Assembly (NCBI RefSeq): GCF_902713615.1
Contig: NC_052146.1
Coordinates: 181,924,143 to 181,988,142 of the forward strand
Length of the DNA stretch: 64,000 nucleotides
Origin: Scyliorhinus canicula
Lineage: Eukaryota
Direction of reading: 5' to 3'
In this document: positions 38,619 through 51,327 of the stretch, piece by piece
Position numbering within the stretch: position 1 is the stretch's first letter
Layout of the letters: every line of letters starts with the position of its first letter
Notes under the pieces: model-generated
Databases searched by the model: none
What the model was told of the DNA's origin: nothing
The model's input: the letters and a program-made list of their open reading frames with translations, nothing else
Made by a program: the position numbers and the translations under genes

Positions 38619-39183
38619 CTGGAAAACATCACCAGAAAAGGAAATGAACTCACGTTTCAGAACAGAGGGGAACACATCAATACACAGTGGCAGCAAAATC
38701 AGCCAAGGACAGCATCAAACCGAGTTCTGAAGGCGAAACCCTTCTGCTTAATAGGCTATACGCTGTGTGTAGGATCTTTAAGTGTAATTAACTCTTATGG
38801 CATCGAACAATCGGGAATATTTTAATTAGAGGCTTGCACTTACATTGGGGCAAGTTGCAGGGCTATGGGACTAATTGGATAGCTCCATCTATAGGAGAGA
38901 CACAGAAAAAAAAACTTGAACGCACAAACCAATCTAGTGATTTACTAAAGGGGAAAATGTTAATTCCCTGAAACAAATAGATTAAACGCACTGCAAAAAA
39001 TAAAACGCAGGCCTGCAGTACTGCTGTGTCTTCCTGATCTGACTCAATAGCTAAATGTAAAAGGTACTGGGTAGACTCACATCAATAAATTACAGGTTGG
39101 TACACACACACAGGTTGGTACACACAAACGTTGGTACACACACACACGTAACACTCCGTCAATCCAAGAGAGAACACACTTAC

Positions 39184-39375
39184 TGGGCACATGCCACAAG
39201 GTGTCCGCATCAGGCCGGTGGGCTGGATGATGGGATTAACTGCTCTATACAGCTTCATTTGTCCATCCACGCTCCCGACAGTACCTTCTTTTGCAGCTAT
39301 GATAGTCATCTCCACCTTCCCATCATATATCAACGTGTTCAGAATGGTTTCAATGTCTTCCATAGAGAGTTCCAC
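39184..39375 (-). CDS. POLR3F: POLR3F coding exon 8 (VELSMEDIETIL...PCGMCP)
   Basis: 192 nt, AG/GTAAGT boundaries. Confidence 0.97.
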
Positions 39376-39689
39376 CTGAGGTTGCAAAAGCCATTGCAGT
39401 TATTCACAGTCAATGTGCTTTGGAAAGATATACAGACACAGCAGAAATCACAACTCAACAAAAATGTCAAGATGCTTGTTGGAATGACGACTGATTTAAT
39501 ACTGCTCCAACCCATCAACCATTTCAGTAACCAGTACTGACGCCTTTTGTGCTCACCCAGTCCATTAACCATTCGTAATCAGTCCTTTGAAACAGGGTCA
39601 GTATGTCAGTCCTCTCTATTATAGCGACAGCACCATCAAGCTGCGAGCCCAGAGGATATTCTGTTTAATGCCAAAATATAAGGTCATAA

Positions 39690-41030
39690 ATTCAAGACCC
39701 AGCAATAGGAACATGATTAGGCCATTTAGCCCTGAGGACCTGTTTTTCTATTCAATGTGCTCAATTTGGATCCATGTCTGAACTTCATCTACCTGCCTTT
39801 GCCCATATCCTTGAATACCTCTGGCTATAAACATCTATCAATATTGGTTTTAAAGTTAGCAACTGACCTAGTATTAATTGCCATTTGTGGAATCGAGTTC
39901 TAAATTTCTACCACCTTTTGAATTAGAAGTAGTTCCTAGTTTCACTCCTGAGGGTCAAGCTCTAGTATTCCTATACTACAGCTGAAATAACCTTGCTCCA
40001 CATAACCTTATTCTTCCCTTAATATTTTAACCGTTTAACTTATTAGGAATACAGTCCTAGTTGTGTAATCTCCCCTTGCGATTGGACCACTGGAGTCAAG
40101 GTATTACTCTAGTATATCAACGCTGCAGTCCATCCAAGGCTACAATATCCTACCTAAGGTGTGATGCCCCAGAAGTACTTTTCACAGTAGAGCTGATGCT
40201 ATCTCCTTTTATTCTTGTCCACTGAATACAAGGCCAGTATTCAGTAACTTTTACTGATTTAAAAGTCAAGAATCGGTACGGAAACAATGATCTCTGGTGT
40301 CCCAAAGTTTCTTTGAGACCTTCATTGCTTCTGTCTTTACGCCCCCTGCCCCCATTTAAAAAGTACCTTGTTCCATCCATTTTAGATTCAAAGTGGATGA
40401 CCTCACATTTGCCACAGTTTTGTCATTAATCTATTATATCGCTTTGTAATTTTACATTTCCATATATGCTGCTCACATTGCCATTTTTCTTGGTGTCTTT
40501 GGCAACATTGGATACGTGTCTTTCTGTCCCAAAGCTGTTGATAAATACAGTGAATGGTTGAGGCCCCAGCCCGACCCTTACGGGAATCAATGGTCACATT
40601 CTGCCAATTAAGCTTGCCACTTACCCCTGCGCCTGTCTCCTGCCACTCAACCAATCTCCTAATCAGGTCAATGACTTGCCTGAGCTTTAACTTCAGTTAA
40701 CAGTCTGGCTAAGAAGAGCGTGAGGTCAGGTGTAATGCCTGGATCTAGTATGTCTCTCTTGTGGAGACCATGAATTGGATTCAATTTGAATTGATTTTTT
40801 ACGCAGGCAAGGATCTGGATTAGGGATTTGCCCCTGTCGACTTTCTGAGCTCTGGCTTTGTAACTCTGATCAAGTAATAAAACAAAAACTGATTTCTGGA
40901 AGTCCCAGTAAATAACCTCCACTGACATGCCCTCGCCACTACTTTAGCATCGCCTCAAAATGATTTACCAAAATTTGGTAGATGTGCCAGCTACCTCTCT
41001 CCAATCAGCTGAAAATTAAGGTGTTCCAAT
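39690..41030 (-). mobile_element. Old degraded CR1 fragment
   Basis: RT remnants (VIYWDFQK) and CR1-type 3' end near 39700; boundaries approximate. Confidence 0.6.
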
Positions 41031-41475
41031 GCAAATAACTCATTTTAAAAGAGAGATTGCAGAAACCTGCACACAGGCTCTAGACTGACACTCCAGTGCA
41101 GTACTAAGGGAATGTTGAAGGGGTCTTCTTTCGGATGAGGTGTTAACCCAAGGCTAAGTCTGTCCTCACAAGTGGACATAAAAGAATGAATGCCACTATT
41201 GTAGAGAAGAGCAGGGGAGTTCCCTCTGGCATTGTAATGAACAGTATCCTATCATACACAAGAGCAATTCGATTATAATATCTTCTGTATGTCCAACACA
41301 GAGACCAGGCATTTCCCCTGTGGAAAACCAACATCAACGCCACATGGTTAACCAGGATCCTGGGAGCTGGTAACCATGACACCCAGTTAGTTACCTTCTA
41401 ACTGAGCAATGTTACATTTACCGTGACCATCAATGGCACAACTGGAACATATGACTATACGGGGTGTTCTAGTAC

Positions 41476-41583
41476 CTTGCTGATACCCAATTCACAGATG
41501 TATTTCCAGACTTCATGAGATGAAGCAAACGAACTGTTCCTTTGAACCATAGGGCTTTGTTTACTCTCACGAGCAACCTCTGC
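41476..41583 (-). CDS. POLR3F: POLR3F coding exon 7 (AEVARESKQSPMVQRNSSFASSHEVWKYICELGISK)
   Basis: 108 nt, CAG/GT boundaries. Confidence 0.97.
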
Positions 41584-42128
41584 CTGTAGGGAACACAAGG
41601 TTGCTTTCTTTATTAGTGATCAACTCTGTTGAATAATACTCAATGCAAGTATTCAAATTTTCCATTTACTACAAAATAGCGCCAAGCATTTCCTAGAGAT
41701 TCACTGTCTCCCAAGCATAAATAGATTTATAATAAATACTGGATACTTGTGAAATTGTGCAGGAGAACTGGAAAACTCGGTTTTAAGCAGTTCAATGTCA
41801 GGAGGTGGTTCTTTTCTGAAAGAACAGTGGAACCTCTGGAAAAGGCTGCTGACCTGTGCCAATCCTTGAAGTGGGAGCTGGACCTGTATCTGGCTGGGGC
41901 AAAGATGACCTCACAAACAGGTAAGCTTTGTATAGACTTCCCTGGACCAGAGTGATCTCATTGGCTAGTTGTCATCTCCCTTGCTGCCACTCCGGCCATC
42001 CTGCTCCCCCTTTTGTATTAACTCAATAGCATAGACTCAAACCCTCTGCACCTTGACCGGAAAGTCAAATCTTCCAAAAATGTTGTACAATCTACAATAT
42101 CATAAGACCAGCAACTCCCAGGCCTTAC

Positions 42129-42272
42129 CTTATTTTGTAAGAATTTGAAACACTGCTGATTCAGCACTTCTACAAACTCGGACTCAAAGTCCTGGTCACT
42201 GTACCAAGCTCCACCCGTCACAGAGCGATCTGGCTGCAGGTTATACAGCATGTATACTTTTTTCTTCGAAGC
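42129..42272 (-). CDS. POLR3F: POLR3F coding exon 6 (ASKKKVYMLYNLQPDRSVTGGAWYSDQDFESEFVEVLNQQCFKFLQNK)
   Basis: 144 nt, CAG/GTAAGG boundaries. Confidence 0.97.
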
Positions 42273-42488
42273 CTGGAAGAGGAGGACAAAATTGTTTCTT
42301 GGCATGTGGGGAATACTGGAGAAGCAACCCTGCTTGTCAGAGGGCATTAAGAGCCAATCACGCAGTGAGACTGTCCATGACATGAAGGCCAGACCACTGA
42401 CCAGGTGGGCACATGGGGGCAGGTTCACTTTCCTGAAGGACATCATGTATCAGTTGGGATTTAAAACAATTCACCAGGTTTCATAGCT

Positions 42489-42935
42489 GGATTGGATTTG
42501 TTTATTGTCACGTGTACCGAGGTACAGTGAAAAGTATTTTTCTGAGAGTAGCTCAAACAGATCATTTAGTACATGAAAAGAAAAGAAAACACATGATAGG
42601 GCAACACAAGGTACACAATGTAAATACATAGACACCGGCATCAGGTGAAGCATACAGGAGTGTAGTATTAATCAGGTAAGTTCATAAGAGGGTCATTTAG
42701 AAGTCTGGTAACAGCGGGGAAGAAGCTGTTTTTGAATCTGTTTGTGCGTGTTCTCAGACTTTCGTATCTCCTGCCCGATGGAAGAAGTTGGAAGAGTGAG
42801 TAAGCCGGGAGGGAGGGGTCTTTGATTATGCTGCCCCCTTTCCCAAGGCAGCGGGAGGTGTAGACAGAGTCAACGAATGGGAGGCGGGCTCGTGTGATGG
42901 ACTGGGCTGTGTTCACGACTCTCTGACGTTTCTTC
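42489..42935 (-). mobile_element. Rex1/Babar-clade LINE 3' fragment
   Basis: C-terminus LFQLLPSGRRYESLRTRTNRFKNSFFPAVTRLLN; tail cttttcactgtacctcggtacacgtgacaataaacaaatccaatcc. Confidence 0.85.
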
Positions 42936-43082
42936 CTGTGTCAGTCCACACCTCATCAGTCTTTCGCCTCCCCCCGCCCCCCGTCCACCCCAGCTCAATT
43001 TCACAACTTCCAAACATGGGGTTTCAACTCATGACCTCTATTGCTAGACCAACACTATAACTGTAGTGTTTCCCTCTTCTGT

Positions 43083-43403
43083 TAGAATCCCTACAGTGCA
43101 GGAGGCCATTCGACCTGTCGAGTCTACACCAATCCTCTGAAACAGCACCATATCTAGACAAACCCTATCTCCATAACCCAGTAATCCCACCTAACCTTTT
43201 CTTTTGGACACTAAGGGGCAATTTATCATGGCCAATCCACCTAACCGTAACATCTTTGGACTGTGGGAGGAAACCGGAGCACCCGGAGGAAACCCATGCA
43301 GACACGGAGAGAACGTGCAAACTCCACACAGTTATCCAAGGCTGGAATTGAACCCGAGGGGTCCCTGGCACTGTGAGGCAGCAGTGCTAATCACTGTGTC
43401 ACC
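43083..43403 (-). mobile_element. V-domain SINE with CR1-type tail
   Basis: V domain; tail ggcctcctgcactgtagggattcta. Confidence 0.8.
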
Positions 43404-44065
43404 ATAATTGAGAGGTATTTTGGTGCAAAATTCAATACCAGCCTAGTACACAGGTTGCAATAAACTTTAGTGTTTGATGTCCCCTTGTTGAGATCAGGAC
43501 ACCACAGGCTGCTGAACTGTACTATGGACAGACCTCACTGTTTCAGCACCTAGCTCACCCCAATGGGACAGAAACCCATGTTGTAACGTTTCTGTGCAGC
43601 AAAATCCACAAGACCAGATTTGTCCTGGAAATTGAAGCAGCAGTGTTGGAAAGCTGAAATTTTTTTTAAAAACCACAGAAAAGTACCAGGGAAAGGTAAA
43701 ATCAGCCAGGATTTAAAAATGTAACGAAATGTCAGGCAGGAAAAGGCCAGCTAGTCCATCAACCCTCCCCAGGCTCATGATAGCAGACCAAATACTCACG
43801 TAATGTTCTGGTGGAAGCAATAAGAAAAAAAAAGTTCATGGGTTTAAAATATTTGTGTTTTTCTGGAGTGACTTTTCGCATAACAAAAGTAGGAAATTCT
43901 CTATAGGATAGAAAAATGCTCCGCCAATCTCAACACTTCAATTACACTTTATACTTTCAAAGTATTTGCCTCCGGAAGTACTTTAAAAAATGTTGAGATG
44001 ACTTTCCCCTCAGCTTTCTTCTTTCATCCACCGCAGTCAGAACAGCACTTTCAAATAAGGTGGAT

Positions 44066-44292
44066 GGGCATGGTGCTGCAGTGGTTAGCACTGGTGTCTC
44101 CCAGCGCCAAGGACCCGGGTTCGATCCCAGCCCCAGGTCACTGTCTGTGTGGAGGTTGCACATTCTCCCCATGTCGGCTGGGTTGCACCCCCACAACCCA
44201 AAGATGTGCAGGGTAGGTGAATTGGCCACGCTAAATTGTCCCTTAATTGGAAAGAAAACAATTGGGTACTCTAAATTTATATTTAAAAAAAA
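44066..44292 (+). mobile_element. Poly(A)-tailed V-SINE
   Basis: Ends attgggtactctaaatttatatttaaaaaaaa; TSD degenerate. Confidence 0.85.
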
Positions 44293-44339
44293 GAGAAACT
44301 GGGTGAATACTTAAACAGGGGAACTTCAGGTCCTACTCT

Positions 44340-45010
44340 TGAGACTTCCTATAATCTAGGTTGATATGCCAACGCAGTACTGGGTGCTGTACTGTCAAAA
44401 AATGCTGTGTTTCAGACAACATACTAAACTGAGGCTCTATATACCCACTCAGGTGGGCGCAAAAGATACCACGGCATTATTCCGAAGAGCAGGTTTCTCC
44501 CCAGTGTCCAGGTCACCATTCTGCAAACAACTAAAAACAGATGATCTGGTCATTCATCACACTGCTATTTATGGGAGCTGGCTGTGCGCAAATATACAAA
44601 TGGGCAGCACCGTAGCACAATGGTTAGCACTGTTGCTTCACAGCTCCAGGGTCCCAGGTTCGATTCCCGGCTTGGGGCACTGTCTGTGTGGAGTCTGCAC
44701 GTTCTCGCTGTGTCTGCGTGGATTTCCTCCGGGTGCTCCGGGATCCTCCCACAAGTCCTGAAAGACGTGCTTGTTAGGTGAATTGAACATTCTGAATTCT
44801 CCCTCTGTGTACACGAACAGGCGGCAGAATGTGGCGACTAGGGGCTTTTCACAGTAACTTCATTTCAGTGTTAATATAAGCCTACTTGTGACAATAAAGA
44901 TGATTATTACTGCAGCATTTCCAACATTACAACAGTGGCCGCATTTCAAAAGTACTTAACCAGCTATAAAGTACTTTGAGGTGTTGAGATTGTAAAGCTG
45001 CTATATGTCT
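44340..45010 (+). mobile_element. Deu-domain SINE interrupted by a V-SINE
   Basis: Deu body up to about 44595, resumes at about 44910 (ctgcagcatttccaacattacaacagtg); further copies at about 41060-41250, 45360-45960, 50560-50890, 60430-61030. Confidence 0.7.
44602..44909 (+). mobile_element. V-domain SINE with Rex1-like tail
   Basis: V head and body, then attctgaattctccctctgtgt..ggggcttttcacagtaacttc..cctacttgtgacaataaagatgattatt. Confidence 0.88.
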
Positions 45011-45088
45011 CCTGGTTTTGCATTTTTGTGCAGCCTGATAAAGATAAGGAGCATTAACATTTCCAAACCCACCCCCAAATGTACTCAC

Positions 45089-45201
45089 AGCCACAGACTT
45101 GACAGCTTTAATTAGTTTTTTGCTCTCCATGTTCTTGAGGATTTTGTTGATCTCTGTTAGTGGGAGGTTGCTCTTGTATCGGATATCTCTGCTCCATATA
45201 C
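45089..45201 (-). CDS. POLR3F: POLR3F coding exon 5 (GIWSRDIRYKSNLPLTEINKILKNMESKKLIKAVKSVA)
   Basis: 113 nt, TAG/GTGAGT boundaries, phase 1/0. Confidence 0.97.
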
Positions 45202-46522
45202 CTACAAAAAAATCAATTCAGATCACTAGAACTCAATGGTGAATTTTAAGCTGCATTTGTTTAGCAGTGATAAGAACCAAGATTCACATTTTCTAGCTAT
45301 TAATATTTTAGGTGATGCACAGATCGACCTGTAATTTTATTATAACACATCACAGAATCTTCTAAGTGTCAGCTGGGATTCTGTGAGTAGCACTTTTGTT
45401 ACAAAGTGACGGGTCAAGCCCCGCCCCATGACTCGAGTACATAATTTCAGCTAAGACCACGTAGTGGAGGAAATATGGCACCAACACAGGGCAGCCTTTT
45501 GGATGAGACCTTAAACCCAGGTCTATCTGCCCTGAAGTTGGAACAAAAGGATCCTACGGCACTATTTTGGAGGTGAACAAGGGAGTCTTCCAAGATGTGT
45601 CCCTCAACCAACCTCACTACAAAACAGGTCATAAAATCCCTACAGTGCAGAAGACCATTCAGCCCATTGAGTCTGCTCCAATGCTGTAACAGAGCACTCC
45701 ACCCAAGCCCACTCCCCACCCTATCCCAATAACCAAGGGCTGGAATTTAACCTGGATTCCTGGCCCTGTGAGGCAACAGTGCTCACCATTGTGACACAGT
45801 GCCATCAAGGTCATGTGGTCACTTATTTCTCTGCTGTTTGAGATCTTGCTGTGTGCAAACTGATTGCTGTGCTTACTATGTCACAACAGCACCTTCACTT
45901 CAAAAAGCACTCAATTGGCTGCAATGAGGCATCCTGAGGGTGCTGTATGAATGCAAGTATACCAAAGACAAAATTAGAATATATAAACAATTAACACTTG
46001 CAGCAGCATAATGGCCTTCTGTACAGATAAGATAATCAAGCATATTGTAGGAGGGGGGGATGGATAATTCCTCAACCCACACGATACATTCTTTCACAGC
46101 CATGGTACAAAAGCTTCAGGGAAAGCAGGTGGCTTAATAAAAATGAACTCTTTTTAAATATCTGCAAAAAAACATGACATTCCCTTTGACGTATTTCCAT
46201 CATTGTGATCAAGTGGCCCATGTGCCTAGGTACATTACAGAACCAAAGGCAGAACATAAAGAATGGAAGTGAACTGTTGCAACCAGACACAAATCGTTCA
46301 GACCAGTGCTCATCCAGTCTGGATCACGAGGGACTGCTGCCATTCTAAAGAGTCATCCATGTGTTGGGATCAGTGTGTGCAACACTTCATGCAAGAGAAA
46401 CTTCCAGCTTGAAGGACGGGAGGCGTGAAGCAACAGGAGTCAAGGAAGAAATTAAGGAAACAATTCTAAGAAAGGATTTTAAGTGGTTGGTTAATTAACT
46501 TGTAGGATCTTAGTTACTGTAC

Positions 46523-46590
46523 CTTTATTTCCAGCATCTTCGATGATTTGATACACCAGTTTTTCCTGATTGTCAGATCCCTTCATTTTG
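46523..46590 (-). CDS. POLR3F: POLR3F coding exon 4 (KMKGSDNQEKLVYQIIEDAGNK)
   Basis: 68 nt, phase 2/1. Confidence 0.97.
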
Positions 46591-47000
46591 CTGTTTCAAA
46601 AAAAATCATTCGTACATTTAATTAAAGTGGACTAAAGACTGCAGTAATTCTAAACTTAGGTTATACGTTCTCACAAAGGGAGAGGTAGTGCTGGGAATTA
46701 GGGAATTAATACTCTGTGCCATGAAGTGGACCAGGCACACCGGATTTGACGTGTTGCCAATTTTTTATTTTTTTATTAACAAAATCAAAAATAAAATCAA
46801 CAGTCGAAAGTGTTCCAGCGTTAAAAAGAGCAAGATAAGAGTGAGTAAGTGAAGAGATGGTGGTTATGTGATGCCAGGTCTGGGGGTAAACGCTCATGGA
46901 TGATGACAGGAGGTAAGAGGTTTTGAGATCCTCAGAAAGACTCAAAACGCCAAGTGACTGTGTGACAACTCTTGGAGTGAATGCAGCAGGAACGGAGGGA

Positions 47001-47268
47001 TCAGGGTCCCAGGTTCGATTCCCGGTTTGGGTCACTGTCTGCAAAGTCTGCACGTTCTCCCCGTGTCTGTGAGGGTTTCCTCCGGGTGCTCCGGTTTCCT
47101 CCCACAAGTTCCGTTAGGTAATCTGGGCGTACCATTAGTTAATTTCGACATTCTGAATTCTCCCTCTGTGTACCCGAACAGGCGCCAAGTGTGGCGCCGA
47201 GTGAATTTTCACAGTAACTTCATTGCGATGTTAATGTAAGCCTACTTGTGACAATAAAGATTATTATT
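47001..47268 (+). mobile_element. 5'-truncated V-SINE with Rex1-like tail
   Basis: Same structure as 44602-44909. Confidence 0.85.
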
Positions 47269-47506
47269 CTTATTTTTTTTTTGAGAGAGATTTGGGCTTT
47301 AGGCTTTTAATAGGGAGAAAAAATGTTTGGTATAAAACAGGAACAAAACTTCTTGGAATGTCAAATAGGGGCAGAGCCTGCAGTGACGCCCAGCATTGGA
47401 AAAATAATGTTAGAGGGTACATGGGGACAGAAGTAGGCCTTTCAGACCCTTGAGCTGGGCCATTATTCAATTAGATCATGGTCAAATTGAATCTGAACAC
47501 AATTTG

Positions 47507-47696
47507 AAATGAAAATGAAAAATGAAAATCGCTTATTGTCACGAGTAGGCTTCAATGAAGTTACTGTGAAAAGCCCCTAGTCGCCACATTCCGGCGCCTG
47601 TCCGGGGAGGCTGGTACGGGAATCGAACCGTGCTGCTGGCCTGCTTGGTCTGCTTTAAAAGCCAGCGATTTAGCCTGGTGAGCTAAACCAGCCCCT
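47507..47696 (-). mobile_element. Young short tRNA-headed SINE with Rex1-like tail
   Basis: Near-identical to 35210-35390; a truncated copy lies at about 52615-52728. Confidence 0.88.
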
Positions 47697-48023
47697 TAGT
47701 TTGCCCACCTTAGTTCCTGGCTGAGGCATTCCCATATATCTAGTACTAGTTTCAAGAGGTATTAATCCTGTAGACCCAGCAGGTTCTGCGTCCACCCTTT
47801 CTGCTTCCAAATGGCAAGTGAGATCATGGGAGAAAGAGATGGCAAGACAATTTGTCCAGGGCTGAAATTGCATTAGATTCTGCTATTCCTAAATCCCCCC
47901 CCCCCTTTGATATCCTGCCCTTGATGTTCAATCAGAGTATGTAAATGCTTCCTAATGTATGTGCTATGTTTTCTCTTCACAGCCTTAAACCTGTGAGATT
48001 TGTTAAAAATAAAATTGATCCAG

Positions 48024-49543
48024 ACTTCCGATGACTGAGGGCGGGAGGCAGCCGCGCGTTGGAGGGCTCCCGTTCGGGAACGGCATTGTCAGGGATTGAC
48101 GGCCGGTCCTAGGGGCGGTGAAGGCCAGGAGAAAGCACAGGGAAGGGATATATCGAGGGCCAATAAAAAAATGGCTGTGAAAACAGCTGAAAGTTTGTCG
48201 GGGAGTAGAAAGGTCACCGCGGGGTCACCAAGGAAAATGGAGGCTGGAGCACCAGGGGAGGCCACATTGCTTACAGCTGAAGAAATAACTAAGGTGATGG
48301 CTGCGGAATTCAAAAGGCAGTTTACAAAATACATGGAGACAATGAGGAAGGAGATGAGTGAGGTTTTGAGTGTGCTGGTAGAGGAGACAATTTCCCTGGC
48401 GACGACGGCGGTGGCGAGTGCAGTGGCGGAGGTGCAGAAGCAAGGGAAGGCACTGAAGGAAGTGGAGGAGACATTATTGCAGCACGGTGATCAACTTACC
48501 TTGATGGGGAAGGAGATGCGGAAGGTGATGGAGATTAACAAGGATCTGCGAGGAAAAGTGGAAGACCTGGAAAACAGATCCAGGCGACAGAATTTGAGGA
48601 TTGTGGGACTGCCCGAAGGGCCGAGGCCAACTGAGTACTTTGCTGCGATGCTGGCAAAACTATTGGGGGAGGGGGAGGATCCCTCCCGATATGAACTGGA
48701 TCGGGCTCATTGGTCGTGGAGGCCTGTACCAAAGGCGAGTGAGCCGCCAAGGGTAGTGACTGTGCTTCCGTAGGTACAGTGTGAAGGCGAAGGTCCTGTG
48801 CTGGGCCAAGCAGAAGCGGGTGGTGCAGTGGGCTGGAGCTGGTATACGTGTATACCAGGACTTTACGGTGGAGCTGGCGAGGAAGGGGGCTGCTTTCAAC
48901 CGGGTGAAGAGGGCACTGTAGTGCAGTGCGGCATAGTATATCCAGCGAAGCTGAGGGTGACTTACAAACTCAAGGACTTTTATTTTGGAACGGCGGAAGC
49001 AGCGGAGGAGTTTGCGAAGGCAGAAGGACTGTGGCAGAACTGAGAATTTGAGAAATGGCCATGTGCCGATGTAACCTCATGACTATATTTTCTTATTTTT
49101 TGTTTCACTGCATGCGGGTGTATGGGCTAAAGAAGCCGATGTTGTATATATTTGGACAAGGGAAGTGATGGGACTTGCACTCAAAGTGAGGGCTCTTTGG
49201 GGTGTAGATGGATATGCAGGGTTTGTGTGCAAAAAGAGGATTTTTGGGCTTTTCTAGGGCCAGGCAAGGGGGAATGGGACCTGGGCGGGGGCTTCCACGC
49301 TGGCCGGTTTAAGCTGGCCAGTGAACGGGAGTGAGGTGGGGGGGGGGAGGGGCTGCGGCCATCGGAGCCTGGCGGAACAGGGTCCGAGTGGTCTAGCCGG
49401 GATGGAAAGTTGGGGGGAAGGAACTGAGGTTGGGGGAAGGAGTTTTACAAGAGGCAGTGGACGGGAGGAGTTGGGCGGGGGGGGGGGGTTTTACAACTCT
49501 TGGGTATCATGTGCGGCACTCTTTCAGAGGTTGGACGGCGCCC
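48024..49543 (+). mobile_element. L1 5' part (5' UTR, ORF1, spacer) without ORF2 or poly(A), flanked by an 11-bp direct repeat
   Basis: EDLENRSRRQNLRIVGLPEG; ACTTCCG 5' end; AATTGATCCAG at 48013-48023 and 49544-49554. Confidence 0.88.
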
Positions 49544-49758
49544 AATTGATCCAGCTTTTTAACCACCCATCACCACTGATGTACATAATAATAAATGGAG
49601 CAAAGGTAGGACAATGGGGCCGTAGTAGATATGAGCCATGATCTAATTGAATGGTGGAATACTCTCCTCCTGTTCCTGTGTACTTTACACAAGATTGAGG
49701 GTGATTCAATGTTGGTGTTCTCATAGAAGGATCAAAAGAAGTCACTGAAGCGGCTCAC

Positions 49759-49826
49759 CTTGCAGTCTGGGTATCCTTCATTCGATAAAGGAGGCCAGAA
49801 GTACCCCTCAGCAGATCCAACTGGCC
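49759..49826 (-). CDS. POLR3F: POLR3F coding exon 3 (GQLDLLRGTSGLLYRMKDTQTA)
   Basis: 68 nt, CAG/GTGAGC boundaries, phase 0/2. Confidence 0.96.
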
Positions 49827-49940
49827 CTGAAATGATTCAATAACAAAATGACTTTACTTCACAAACAGGAAGGAGAATAATCAAGTTTCATTGCTCCAAC
49901 AGAACAGGTAAACTACTCGGCAACATTACTGTAACTAAAT

Positions 49941-50145
49941 GGGGGCCAGATTAGCTCACTTGGCTACACAGCTGGTTTGTGATGCACAGCAAGGTGGGTT
50001 CAATTCCCGTACCGCCTGAGGTTATTCATTCTCAACCATGCCCCTCGCCTGAGGTGTGGTGATCCTCAGGTTAAGCCACCACCAGTCAGCTCTCCCCTCA
50101 AAAGGGGAAAACAGCCTATGGTCTTTATGGCGACTTTACCTTACC
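49941..50145 (+). mobile_element. tRNA-derived SINE with internal CCTGAGG..CCTCAGG hairpin
   Basis: tagctca.. and ggttcaattcc boxes; homologous to 35695-35852; ends ttaccttacc. Confidence 0.72.
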
Positions 50146-50910
50146 TGTAACTAAACACTATAGGTCGTGCTCTTCAAGCTAAGAAATGGAGCATTTTCTC
50201 CCACTGAACTATGAAACCCAAACAATTTTCACAAAACACCAACAGAAGTTGTAAACTTTACAACTAACTCACTAAGCTTGCATTGATAGCACCTTCGAAA
50301 CCCATAACCTCTACTACCCAGAAGGCATTCTGCATCCATCCAAAGATGCAAACCAACATCTCTAAAACAACTTTGGAAGCTCCATCCTAAAATTCAGGCA
50401 GCTGGAGGAAATATCCAGCAGTTCAATGCTTAATTGATAAGACTGCAAATACAAGCACAAAGAAGACACCACCATGAACATGATGGCAGGAAAAATTTCT
50501 TAATGAGTCCAAATCACACTCCAGGGAATGGAGCATGTAATCTAAACCAACACAAGTGTACTACCGAGGAAACAATAAGGCACCATCTTTCAGATAAGAT
50601 ATTAAACGTCACTTGGTCTTCCCTCGCAGCCAAAAGTTAGAGATTCCAAATCATTATTCAAAATAAATAGCAGGCAGTTCACCTCAGGGCACTGGTCAAC
50701 ATTTATTCTTCAACCAATACCTAAAATATATGAATTGGTTATTATCATATTGGTGTGGGAGATACATTGCTGTGTGCAGATTGGCTGCTGCATCTCCTAC
50801 ACTACAGTGACTACACTAACAAAGATATTTCATTGACTCTATAGCACTCTGGGATGTGCAGAGGAATTAAATAATTCCAAGTCTTTTATTATGAATATTA
50901 AATGAGTTAC

Positions 50911-51028
50911 TATTGAGAGAAGTCTGTTGATGGCCATCGCCCTCTTCTGCGGTTCCACGTGTGGCATGTCATTCTGAATAACCTGGTCTGTGATTCCTTG
51001 TGGGAACTGCTGGCAGAGATCTAAAATC
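50911..51028 (-). CDS. POLR3F: POLR3F coding exon 2 (ILDLCQQFPQGITDQVIQNDMPHVEPQKRAMAINRLLSI)
   Basis: 118 nt, TAG/GTAA boundaries, phase 2/0. Confidence 0.96.
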
Positions 51029-51100
51029 CTAAGAGTAAAAAGAAAGGATAGTTAAGTAGCGACTACTTGTGATCTCATTCAAGTGGTAAGACACCATGAT

Positions 51101-51327
51101 TTTTTTTTATAAATTTAGAGTGCCCAATTAATTTTTTCCAATTAAGGGGCAATTTAGCGTGGCCAATCCACCTACCCTACACATCTTTGTGTTGTGGGGG
51201 CGAAACCCACGCAGACACGGGGAGAATGTGCAAACTCCACACGGACAGTGACCCAGAGCCGGGATCGAACCTGGGACCTCAGCGCCGTGAGGCAACAGGG
51301 CTAACCCACTGCGCCACCGTGCTGCCC
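51101..51327 (-). mobile_element. Full-length poly(A) V-SINE with perfect 15-bp TSD
   Basis: GTAAGACACCATGAT at 51086-51100 and 51328-51342. Confidence 0.93.
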
